From Fibrobacteria bacterium (GTDB taxonomy: Bacteria; Fibrobacterota; Fibrobacteria; UBA11236): DNA of 64,000 bases. This document shows positions 1 to 7,780 of this stretch, piece after piece. The notes under the pieces are model-generated. The model made no database searches, was not told the DNA's origin, and saw nothing but the letters and a program-made list of their open reading frames with translations. Made by a program: the position numbers and the translations under genes. The stretch covers positions 1 through 64,000 of the forward strand of contig JAYTSD010000017.1 in assembly GCA_043745805.1 (NCBI GenBank), given 5' to 3'. How positions within the stretch are numbered: the stretch's first letter is position 1; each line of letters opens with the position of its first letter.

Positions 1-92
1 TACCACAAACCGTTTGAATTCTTCGGTAAAATTTCGCTGATTGACCAGTTCTTTCATTATGTCTCCGAATTGTGTAAACATAATTCCGGACA
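1..92 (-). mobile_element. Left end of an IS3-family insertion sequence (IR plus start of transposase OrfA), running off the window
   Basis: Minus strand begins TGTCCGGAATTATGTTTACACA at 92, then a GGAG RBS and ATG at 57 encoding MKELVNQRNFTEEFKRFVV, typical of the HTH_Tnp_1 N-terminus (F-T/S-x-E-F-K). Confidence 0.7.
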
Positions 93-97
93 ACACC

Positions 98-122
98 CCG
101 AGGATTCATCGCTACGCAACTT
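98..122. repeat. REP-like dispersed repeat, copy 1 (right arm truncated)
   Basis: CCGAGGATTCATCGCTACGCAACTT, near-identical to 5727-5756 and 7781-7810. Confidence 0.75.
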
Positions 123-146
123 GAACTTCCCCCAGTTTAGTAGACA
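122..146 (+). mobile_element. Orphan IS3/IS150-like terminal inverted repeat
   Basis: TGAACTTCCCCCAGTTTAGTAGACA resembles IS3-family ends (TG..CCCC..GACA); no transposase follows. Confidence 0.45.
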
Positions 147-199
147 TTTACCTAACCTGCATTTTTAGAATTAAATGCAGTGAAATCTGATTGAATAAA

Positions 200-439
200 T
201 CAGTTGAAACTTTTGCCATCAAGATAAATAGTATCCGGACAAAAATCTTGACCATTTGTCCATGACACAGTTCCATTTTCAACTTTAACGGAAAAGAATA
301 GTTCTCTATTTTTCAACTCTTTAAAAATACCCACATCAAGGTAAGGCTTGACATCAAATATTTTGCGCTCACTATTTGTGAATTTAACTTCTAGTGTAAA
401 GTCACCTTTTGCCTTAACTTCAATAACTCGTGGATTCAT
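200..439 (-). CDS. DUF2442 family antitoxin
   Basis: V-x-F-x-N-x-E-x-K-x-F-D...GTVSWxNGxDxCPDxxY pattern; directly downstream of a DUF4160 gene. Confidence 0.85.
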   Translation of the reverse strand: MNPRVIEVKAKGDFTLEVKFTNSERKIFDVKPYLDVGIFKELKNRELFFSVKVENGTVSWTNGQDFCPDTIYLDGKSFN

Positions 440-445
440 ATGTAC

Positions 446-671
446 CTATTTCAATGGGTCGATTTTAAAAACTGTTTCACCTTTTGATGCCAGCTCCCAA
501 TCTGCCATTAGCTCGTCTCGATGGATTTCTATCCAAAACTTCCCCAGACAAAAGGTTGAAAACAGATTCCTCGCCTTGGTAACCAGCGTGGATGTGCGGC
601 ATCTTATGCTGCTTGTTATCCAAGTAATACATCGATATTAATATACCATAGAACATTGAAATTACAGGCAT
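446..671 (-). pseudogene. DUF4160 family toxin, internally deleted and frameshifted
   Basis: N-terminus MPVISMFYGILISMYY...H..PHIHA is in one frame; the conserved C-terminus WIEIHRDELMADWELASKGETVFKIDPLK* is in another, ending at TAG 446-448. Confidence 0.85.
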
Positions 672-823
672 TATAAAGCCTCCTTAACAGAATGAAAAAT
701 AATTTTTTTCGAGCTCAAACGGAAGGTTTGTGCACAGAGAAATCCGAATCAACAACCCGAAACTCGATTAACTTGGTTTTTTTTGAATTATTTTTCGTTT
801 CTCCCAAAATAAATCTTTACTCC

Positions 824-857
824 ATTAGCTCCTAAGCGGTGGAGCTTAGGAGCTAAT
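824..857. repeat. 14-bp perfect inverted repeat (REP-like hairpin or terminator)
   Basis: ATTAGCTCCTAAGC-ggtgga-GCTTAGGAGCTAAT. Confidence 0.8.
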
Positions 858-900
858 CCTCAAAACATGATGACCGAGGCTCGTCGGGTGGAGCCGATTG

Positions 901-1212
901 TTAGATGGCGGATTTATACTGCGAATCAATTTTCCCAGGTATCCCAAGATTTTCTTTGATTTTTTCAGCAAGCATCATTTTCATAAATGATTGATAAGGG
1001 ATATCGTTTTTATTGGCCACAAGCTTAATGTCGCTTAAGAGACCAGTCGGCAACCTTAAGGAAATAACTTCCGTCGATGGCTTAAGATTGGATAAAGTAA
1101 TCCTCTTTGCTTTTTTGTGATCTAAGTAATCCAATGGGCTTTCTTTCGACCAAAAAGCTTGTTCTTCTTTTTCGCTTTTAAATTTTGGGATTTTTTTCTT
1201 AGTGGTTTTCAT
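901..1212 (-). CDS. brnA: BrnA/CopG-like antitoxin
   Basis: IPKFKSEKEEQAFW...ISLRLP...IPYQS RHH pattern; overlaps brnT. Confidence 0.85.
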   Translation of the reverse strand: MKTTKKKIPKFKSEKEEQAFWSKESPLDYLDHKKAKRITLSNLKPSTEVISLRLPTGLLSDIKLVANKNDIPYQSFMKMMLAEKIKENLGIPGKIDSQYKSAI

Positions 1213-1492
1213 AAAATATCCTTTCTCTTTTATTCATATCTCTTGCCGAAATGACTCGTATTCTTTTTTTTCTTAAACAGAATACGATAAGAAGTAATCT
1301 ATCTAAATCCGTTTTTCCAAAAGCAAAATATCGTGATTCAGAATTTGAATGCCTTTCATCATCAATAATGATCAAAGGTTGATTAAAAAAAACCATTTCG
1401 CATTCGGATGGTTTAACTTTATGACTCACCCAATTTTTGTCGCGATTTCCATCGTCCCAATCAAAACCTTCGGCTAAATCCAGTTCGTCCAT
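1199..1492 (-). CDS. brnT: BrnT family ribonuclease toxin
   Basis: FDWDxxNxxKNxxxH...ExR...G...IRVISARDMNKRERxxY. Confidence 0.92.
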   Translation of the reverse strand: MDELDLAEGFDWDDGNRDKNWVSHKVKPSECEMVFFNQPLIIIDDERHSNSESRYFAFGKTDLDRLLLIVFCLRKKRIRVISARDMNKRERIFYENH

Positions 1493-1498
1493 TTGTAT

Positions 1499-1527
1499 AT
1501 TATAGACATATACGTAAATGTCGGCAA
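1499..1527 (-). promoter_or_regulatory. Sigma70 promoter of brnTA with a palindromic operator in the spacer
   Basis: TTGCCG-17 nt-TATAAT, with ATG 6 nt after the -10; near-palindrome GACATATACGTAAATGTC at 1505-1522. Confidence 0.8.
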
Positions 1528-1576
1528 GTCATTTCTGTGGTTTTGAGGTCGGTTTATTGTTTGGAGATTTTTCGTC

Positions 1577-1597
1577 GGTTAACAATCGGTTTACCGC
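1577..1597 (-). repeat. attC-like right half
   Basis: Minus strand GCGGTAAACCGATT-GTTAACC, complementary to the left-half motif TAAC-AATYGRTT at 1947 and 2085. Confidence 0.45.
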
Positions 1598-1884
1598 TTT
1601 CCATAACGAATTCCGATAGCTAAGGTGGCTATTGGTCCCGTTAGAAGGATAGTGAATATTTTTAGCGCTCGCGATCCTGGATATTCTTTTCTTATTACGG
1701 ACATGAAAGTCCAAATCGTATGTATTACTAGAACAGCCATTCCTGGCATATCCAGGGAGCCTAAAAGGTAAAATAGGCCATCACTCATGAATCCGAATTT
1801 GCTGGCTAAGGACAAAGTTAAGCAAACCAGTATATGGAACAAAAGGCCAGCTAATGCATACAAGGCCCATTTTCTTTTACTCAT
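1591..1884 (-). CDS. Small membrane protein (probable cassette ORF or remnant)
   Basis: Three hydrophobic segments from MSKRKW; the upstream part of the listed ORF is attC-like sequence. Confidence 0.5.
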   Translation of the reverse strand: MSKRKWALYALAGLLFHILVCLTLSLASKFGFMSDGLFYLLGSLDMPGMAVLVIHTIWTFMSVIRKEYPGSRALKIFTILLTGPIATLAIGIRYGKR

Positions 1885-1885
1885 T

Positions 1886-1960
1886 CTCTGGCGCGACGAT
1901 TGCGTAAGCAATTGGCGTGACAGGGAAATTTTATCTGCTCCAACCAATTGTTATGCGGCG
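1886..1960 (-). repeat. attC-like left half with central hairpin (truncated)
   Basis: CGCCGCATAAC-AATTGGTTGGAGCAG...GTCACGCCAATTGCTTACGCAATCGTCGCGCCA; no matching right arm. Confidence 0.6.
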
Positions 1961-2079
1961 TAGCATGCTGGTTATTCATAGGTTATTTTCTTTCTTCAAG
2001 GCTTCTTTGTTGCCTTTATTTGTTATTAGATCTAGAATGCTGGTAACAAAAGGGCTATTGACAAAGTTGTACAAAAGAG

Positions 2080-2098
2080 AATCGATTGTTATGCGGCG
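2080..2098 (-). repeat. attC-like left-end remnant
   Basis: CGCCGCATAACAAT is identical to 1947-1960 and lies just downstream of the 2126-2389 stop. Confidence 0.5.
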
Positions 2099-2125
2099 GG
2101 TTATGACCATTTTATTTGGTCTTAC

Positions 2126-2389
2126 CTATTTATTCAATCGACAGATTGTAGTACCGACAATGATTGCGGTTACGATTCCAACTTGAATAAACTGTCCCCT
2201 ACGGAATCGAGCCTCTTCAAAGTTTGCTTTTTTTGAAGCTATGGAAACCATTTTTTCATAAAAATATCCCTGCCTTTCTTTTAGTTGATAGAAATATATG
2301 GTGCAGAGACCGAGCCAAATTATGTCGAACGCAATCATTTTATCCTCTTTGTTTTCGCCCCCAAAAATAACTTCATTTCCTTGGTTCAA
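2126..2389 (-). CDS. Small hypothetical membrane protein (cassette-like)
   Basis: Two hydrophobic segments; lies between GTTGGGCG (2415-2422) and GCATAAC sites. Confidence 0.45.
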   Translation of the reverse strand: MNQGNEVIFGGENKEDKMIAFDIIWLGLCTIYFYQLKERQGYFYEKMVSIASKKANFEEARFRRGQFIQVGIVTAIIVGTTICRLNK

Positions 2390-2493
2390 CGAGCCAACTA
2401 TTCGAGGCCCATTTCGCCCAACGTTCGCGCCATGGTGCTGTTGAGCGATGTGGGCCTCCGTATTTCTTTGGGGGCGGGTTTTTGAATTCCTAT

Positions 2494-2518
2494 AAAAAAA
2501 GGGATCGAAAGACCCTTT
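2494..2518 (-). terminator. Intrinsic terminator downstream of 2577-3386
   Basis: AAAGGGTC-TTTC-GATCCC followed by T7 on the minus strand. Confidence 0.6.
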
Positions 2519-2576
2519 GCTATGCAGATTTTGGGGCCTTGCAATGAAACCCGATTCATCCTAAATTACATTTGAG

Positions 2577-3386
2577 TTAACCCACTAACCCATCTATTGA
2601 TCCTAAAGGCGAAATATTGCGATGCATCAATTTTAGTTCTTCCCAGGACTTTGCCAATTGAGGTTTTGGAATCAATTCGGAAGAACCGTTTTGTAATATT
2701 TTCCTGCATTCGATAATTGATTCCTTAATTTCGAAACGCCCAACATTAAAATGGTGTAGATGGTTATTAATTCCGTTTTCAGGGTGCTGATTCAGCTCAT
2801 CATTAATTAACGCTCCGATAGCCATTCCATAAGCACCAGAATTGTTTTGACCCATCTCCATCTTTGAAATATTAACCACGTCTTTACTCATTTCAATGAT
2901 CAGTTCTTGGTATTTCCGCACTGTTGACCCACTTCCGATGCTGTAAATATCAAATATCCCAGAATGAAACTCTGGCAAGAATTCGGGTGATTTTAAAATT
3001 ACCCCGCCTACTTTTGCGCGCCCTGGAAGTCCGTTGTCGATATTAGGATGAGGAGCATTCAATAAAATATGGGTTTCCATTTCGGGATCTCGGTTATATT
3101 CCTTATGATTTTTAAAAACCCATTTTGCAACCGGACTCCAATCCTGCGCAGCAATTTTAATATCCCAAGCTTTGCTCAAATCTGGTTCGTATAAAAACTG
3201 CTTAAGACTTTCGATAAGAATAAACCCATTCTGAATGCCACCTGCATAACCAGCTACTACAGAGCGACAAACGTTAAAAACTTTTTGAACCGCGATTGGA
3301 AGACTTTTACCTCCATCCGAAACGCAAGTATCGGCAATTACAACCCCATATCCAAACATTGTATTCGCACCTATTACCCAAGTCAT
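2577..3386 (-). CDS. Proteasome beta-subunit-like Ntn-hydrolase (Thr nucleophile)
   Basis: After Met removal T1, D18, K34 and G48 match proteasome T1/D17/K33/G47; a SIGSGS motif follows. Confidence 0.65.
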   Translation of the reverse strand: MTWVIGANTMFGYGVVIADTCVSDGGKSLPIAVQKVFNVCRSVVAGYAGGIQNGFILIESLKQFLYEPDLSKAWDIKIAAQDWSPVAKWVFKNHKEYNRDPEMETHILLNAPHPNIDNGLPGRAKVGGVILKSPEFLPEFHSGIFDIYSIGSGSTVRKYQELIIEMSKDVVNISKMEMGQNNSGAYGMAIGALINDELNQHPENGINNHLHHFNVGRFEIKESIIECRKILQNGSSELIPKPQLAKSWEELKLMHRNISPLGSIDGLVG

Positions 3387-3453
3387 TTGTCGTTCCTAGA
3401 AGCTAATCCTATATTGGATGGGGTTGCCTTCTTTTTTGCATTGTGTTTCGTCC

Positions 3454-3497
3454 GGATAACATCGCACTGAGCTACCAGATCGATCACGTTGTTAGCC
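3454..3497 (-). repeat. Short attC-like site
   Basis: GGCTAAC...GTTATCC, 13 nt after the stop of the upstream gene; only 44 bp, shorter than canonical attC. Confidence 0.45.
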
Positions 3498-3510
3498 AGT
3501 GGTTTCATTT

Positions 3511-4116
3511 TCACTTCTCATTTATGTTATATCCATTCGATCCATAGATTGGTGTGGCTTCTCCACTGAACGCCTCATTAAAATAACTTAGACACCCCCG
3601 CAAGTATGCTTCTCTATTTTCTTGGTATGCAGTAAGATCCATTGTGCATGTTGACTGCCAATTTGGGATTGCCTTAGCACTGGAATCAGATTTTGATTTT
3701 TTAATATTTTTGGATTCGAATAAAATAAAATAAATAATTTTTCGATTTTTGATTCCATCGAATATTACTGGATTTAAATTCGTTTGACTTACATAAATTT
3801 TTTCGGGACCTATGTTCGCAGAAGCGCTGGAGAATGATGGCAAGTATTCAATATTTCTGGTTTTTATTTGATCGATATCCGTTGTAAAATAGAGTATGTA
3901 TTCTGGACTATCACTATTTATTTCCCATTTAATGTCGGATAATATTCGACTTAGGTGATGTCTGATCTCCCTATTTTCGAGATTTATTGTATCAAATGGA
4001 ATTACAGATACCGATGCCGATTTCGGCTTAAGATCCAGGTCCTTATAGCTATTTATGTATAAGGTTGGAGCACAGGAGACGATAAAGAATTGGCTGAGTA
4101 ATATCAATTTTTTCAT
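3511..4116 (-). CDS. Hypothetical lipoprotein
   Basis: MKKLILLSQFFIVSC lipobox; start reassigned to the ATG at 4116. Confidence 0.7.
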   Translation of the reverse strand: MKKLILLSQFFIVSCAPTLYINSYKDLDLKPKSASVSVIPFDTINLENREIRHHLSRILSDIKWEINSDSPEYILYFTTDIDQIKTRNIEYLPSFSSASANIGPEKIYVSQTNLNPVIFDGIKNRKIIYFILFESKNIKKSKSDSSAKAIPNWQSTCTMDLTAYQENREAYLRGCLSYFNEAFSGEATPIYGSNGYNINEK

Positions 4117-4330
4117 AAAATTATTTTCCATTTTTTTTTGTGAGTATAACAACTTATTAACCAATTCTGTATATCGTCCATCATTGACCAAGTAAAAATT
4201 CACGAGTAATAAATATTAAACAAAATCTATAACAAAAAAAAGCACCCATTACAGATGCCTCAATTCATTTACCAACTAAGATTTAGATTAATACTTATCC
4301 GCTTTACCCTTAAATAAACCCACATATTGC

Positions 4331-4397
4331 GCATAACCTTCCGCCTCCAATTTTTCCTTAGGAATAAAACGCAAGGATGCGGAGTTAATGGTTAGCG
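4331..4397 (-). repeat. attC-like site (67 bp)
   Basis: CGCTAAC...GTTATGC ends with internal dyads CCGC/GCGG and TCCTT/AAGGA, just downstream of the 4433 stop. Confidence 0.6.
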
Positions 4398-4432
4398 CAT
4401 ACCAGTAGGAACCTTTACCGAGATACTCTAAT

Positions 4433-5302
4433 CTAATTGTCGATCATAAAACTAAAACCGACAATCATACCGACAGTCGCTCCACTCAACCCTGAAAGCA
4501 ACAAACCATAATCACCTGGTTGATTTCCATGCATAAGGTAATAGGTACCACCCCATGTCAATGCACCTAGTATAGGTGAAATCACGGCGACCAATATTTT
4601 TTCCCCTGCTGTAGGTTTATGTGCCAATTTTTCTTTGGAAAAAGGAAATGGTTTAAGAATTTTCGGGGACGGTTTTTCGGTGAAATGAGTAGTGTCACGG
4701 TTATCAGAAACATCGAGGAGTTTTGTGGCAAATGAACTGGTATCAGAAGCATTAACGGAACTGATCGCAGTTATAGGTGCTGGGGTTTTTTCTCCAGGCC
4801 CTGCCATCTTAATTTTATTCGAGCTTGACCGTGCTTCCAAATTGTCAAATTGGGCATAACGAGGAATGCCATAGCCAGAGGTCACAATACGATTATGATA
4901 GTTTATATGCGATTGCATTGGCCAAACAAAATAAGCGCGGCAAAGCCCTCCTGCCAGCAAAGACGTAGTAAAGAATCCGGCCTCTCCATTTAAAATACCA
5001 CCGTCTATCATCAAATAAATAATTGTATCCCAAACATAAGACCAAGCTTGGGTTGTTTCCAGCTCGGGAGAAAACGGATTGTCTTTTGTCACATAGCCAA
5101 TCGCCGATCCCATGCTAAAAATGCTGTGCTTCCATAATTCTAGATTCGACTTGGGTTCGAGTACAATAAAAGATTCTGGTGTTAGGCGGCGATAATCGGG
5201 CATCACTTCTTCGAGATAGGCTGAACGCAAAAATGCGACTGTGGGATTGTGAACCCAATCTCTATCTCCTCCCCAAGCATTTATACCAATCTGGTATTCC
5301 AT
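4433..5302 (-). CDS. Hypothetical membrane protein, possibly the 3' part of a disrupted gene
   Basis: 289-aa ORF with C-terminal TM helices; no recognisable family. Confidence 0.6.
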   Translation of the reverse strand: MEYQIGINAWGGDRDWVHNPTVAFLRSAYLEEVMPDYRRLTPESFIVLEPKSNLELWKHSIFSMGSAIGYVTKDNPFSPELETTQAWSYVWDTIIYLMIDGGILNGEAGFFTTSLLAGGLCRAYFVWPMQSHINYHNRIVTSGYGIPRYAQFDNLEARSSSNKIKMAGPGEKTPAPITAISSVNASDTSSFATKLLDVSDNRDTTHFTEKPSPKILKPFPFSKEKLAHKPTAGEKILVAVISPILGALTWGGTYYLMHGNQPGDYGLLLSGLSGATVGMIVGFSFMIDN

Positions 5303-5445
5303 ACGGCTTAAAGCCGCGTTTGGCAGAGAGTCGAGATTAAGCGTGAAGAGACTATACTTATTTCAGCCTCCCAACTTATAGATGGGTGAGTAGCTGGGTT
5401 TGAATTGAAACCATAATGAAAATGGCTCTGCACCTATTTTTTTTG

Positions 5446-5640
5446 CTACTCGTTCAACGCGAGCGTATCAAACCAGTTACGATCTGTAGCGAGTAAATTA
5501 CCTAAGGCGTCTACTGCATAAGTGGATTGTGGGGATATGGTTAAGTGGGACTTTTCTGGAAGACTATTCTGGGCCAATGTACTAGTAGAAAGAAATAGGA
5601 CAGCTACTTGGAGGAAATTCAGACTACGAAAATTTTGCAT
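5446..5640 (-). pseudogene. Signal-peptide-bearing fragment, probable 5' part of the 4433-5302 gene
   Basis: Sec-type signal (…VAVLFLSTSTLA/Q) followed by an early stop. Confidence 0.35.
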
Positions 5641-5726
5641 GGTAGGCGAATTATAGGAAAAGCATACGTTTTACACAATAAGCAAAAAGCATTATCCAAG
5701 AATAGTTGTTTTCAAAAGATAAACCT

Positions 5727-5756
5727 GATCCGAGGGTTCATCGCTACGCACCTTGG
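5727..5756. repeat. REP-like dispersed repeat, copy 2
   Basis: GATCCGAGGGTTCATCGCTACGCACCTTGG; arms ATCCGAGG/CCTTGGAT. Confidence 0.75.
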
Positions 5757-5781
5757 ATTGGGAATCAAAAATTGTCCTAAG

Positions 5782-5836
5782 TAACATAACTATTGAATTA
5801 TAACATTTATTATGTTAACGTTCTATATATATGTTA
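5782..5836. promoter_or_regulatory. Nested inverted-repeat operator overlapping the antitoxin start
   Basis: TAACAT at 5782 and 5801 and ATGTTA at 5812 and 5831, all symmetric about 5809. Confidence 0.65.
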
Positions 5837-6838
5837 ATAATCCCAGAAAAACAAAATCGATTATTAGTTCCCTTCGCTGCCTATCTCAAAGAAGCCATGG
5901 GAATTCAACCTAAAGTAAAACAATGGGAAAATGCGAAACAGCTTCCATTATATTTGCGAGAGTTGTACGAATTCTATCAAACAAAATTCTTGAATAGTGA
6001 AGCTTTGCTTATTCTTGTAAAAAATGGGGCTCAACAAGCCACGCCTGCTACGGTGGCGAAACATTTCATAAAGCTCAGAGAAAAGTGGGCGCACGATTTA
6101 ATTTTGGTGAATGAAGCATTATCCAGCATTCAACGCAAGCGAATGGTGGAGCAAAAAATCCCCTTCATTATTCCTGGTAATCAAATGTATTTACCCATGA
6201 TAGGGTTGGACTTTCGCGAGCATTTTAAAAAAATCCATACCCCTCGTGAAATTTTAAGTCCATCTACTCAAGCCTTAATTTTACATGCTATCTATCACGA
6301 AAAAAAAGAGGCTTATACTACGAAGGACTTCGTTCAATTGTTTAATTATTCAACTATGACTGTGACACGCGCGTTTGATGAGCTTCACAAAGTTGGCCTT
6401 GGCGAGCATAGTGTTTCTGGAAAAGAACGACGTCTACATTTTCCAGAAAAAAAACAATATTTATGGGAAAGGGCTTTGCCTTTTTTGAAATCACCTGTTA
6501 AAAAAAGATTGCATATAATGCATTTTAAACCCAAAGGCCCGCATTCTCTTTCGGGCTTAAGTGCATTGGCCGAATATACTCAGCTTGCGGAACCCGAAAA
6601 CCGAGTTCTTGCTATATATCATTTTTTCCAGAAAAAAAATTTAAGCCAGAATAATATTGAAGTAATAGATCGATCAGAATCCGGATCTACGGAAATCGAG
6701 TATTGGTCCTATGCACCGGAATTATTGGCTCAAAATGGACTTGTCGATAGATTGTCCCTTTATTTATCACTAGAAGATGAGCAAGATGCGCGTACTGAAA
6801 TGGCAAAGGAAGAATTATTACGAGGTATGCAATGGTAA
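5831..6838 (+). CDS. Winged-HTH antitoxin/regulator of an AbiE-like type IV TA pair
   Basis: Central HTH (YSTMTVTRAFDEL); C-terminal SGLSALAEYTQL...VDRLSLYLSL; overlaps a nucleotidyltransferase gene. Confidence 0.7.
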   Translation: MLIIPEKQNRLLVPFAAYLKEAMGIQPKVKQWENAKQLPLYLRELYEFYQTKFLNSEALLILVKNGAQQATPATVAKHFIKLREKWAHDLILVNEALSSIQRKRMVEQKIPFIIPGNQMYLPMIGLDFREHFKKIHTPREILSPSTQALILHAIYHEKKEAYTTKDFVQLFNYSTMTVTRAFDELHKVGLGEHSVSGKERRLHFPEKKQYLWERALPFLKSPVKKRLHIMHFKPKGPHSLSGLSALAEYTQLAEPENRVLAIYHFFQKKNLSQNNIEVIDRSESGSTEIEYWSYAPELLAQNGLVDRLSLYLSLEDEQDARTEMAKEELLRGMQW

Positions 6839-7590
6839 ATGGGTTGGAAAAGTTTAAAATGCATTTTCAATCTCATTTAGATCAGTTTGTTCTAATTGGA
6901 GGGACGGCTTGTGATTTGGCGATGAGGGATGCCGGACTTTCTTTCAGAGCAACTAAGGATCTGGATATAGTCCTGTTAATTGAAGTTTTAAGACCAGAAT
7001 TTGTCCGTGCTTTTTGGGAATTTATTCGATTAGGTAATTATCAAATACGAGAAAAAGCTTCAGGTGAAAAACAATATTATCGCTTCACTAAACCAATGGA
7101 CATTGAGTTTCCAGCTATGTTGGAACTTTTTTCTCGAGCGCCTATCGAATTTGTTTTAGCCGAAGGAAGCAAACTTACTCCCATTCCTATGGAAGAGGAA
7201 ATATCCAGCTTGTCGGCAATTTTGTTAGATGAGGCTTATTATACTTTTTTACTAAATGGCAAAAAAGAAATCGAGGGTTTACCTATCCTTGGACCTCTAC
7301 ATTTAATGGCTTTTAAAGCTAAAGCCTGGTTAGATCTTACCGAGCGTAAAAACCGTGGGGAAGCCGTAGATCAAAATAATATTCGCAAACATAAAAATGA
7401 TATTTTTAGACTTTATCCTATAGTGGATCCAGGAGATTCTCACAATATCTCAAACGCCATTCAATCAGACATGGAAAAATTTTTAACAGCGATGAAGTCA
7501 GAATCTATAGATTTAAAACAAATGGGGATTCGTGAATTGGATTTGAATGCTGTAATTGGGGAGATGCGCAAATTATTTAGCATTCAATAG
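6832..7590 (+). CDS. Nucleotidyltransferase toxin (AbiEii-like)
   Basis: IGGTA...RATKDLD motif and late KHKND motif of DNA pol beta superfamily type IV toxins. Confidence 0.8.
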   Translation: MVNGLEKFKMHFQSHLDQFVLIGGTACDLAMRDAGLSFRATKDLDIVLLIEVLRPEFVRAFWEFIRLGNYQIREKASGEKQYYRFTKPMDIEFPAMLELFSRAPIEFVLAEGSKLTPIPMEEEISSLSAILLDEAYYTFLLNGKKEIEGLPILGPLHLMAFKAKAWLDLTERKNRGEAVDQNNIRKHKNDIFRLYPIVDPGDSHNISNAIQSDMEKFLTAMKSESIDLKQMGIRELDLNAVIGEMRKLFSIQ

Positions 7591-7680
7591 TATCAACAGT
7601 GGGGTTGATGAGGGGAAAATAGATTGATTCACAATTCATGAATCGTGAATATAAAAGAAATAGGCCAATTTAAAGCAGAT

Positions 7681-7710
7681 TTCGGATGCGGGTTCGATTC
7701 CCGCCGCCCC
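7681..7710 (+). other. Degenerate 3' fragment of tmRNA (or tRNA T-arm), probable att scar
   Basis: TTCGGATGCGGGTTCGATTCCCGCCGCC matches the tmRNA 3' end consensus; no CCA end and no upstream gene body. Confidence 0.65.
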
Positions 7711-7717
7711 AGATTTT

Positions 7718-7755
7718 AAAAAGCCTTTCGTTGTAAATACCGAAGGGCTTTTTTT
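7718..7755 (+). terminator. Intrinsic terminator
   Basis: AAAAAGCCTTTCG...CGAAGGGC followed by T7. Confidence 0.8.
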
Positions 7756-7780
7756 ATGTATTAGGTTTTATAAAAAATAG

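Noticed and set aside
7600-7712. Intact tRNA or tmRNA gene
   Set aside because: Only the T-arm/3' stem is present; no D-arm, anticodon arm, 5' acceptor strand or CCA.
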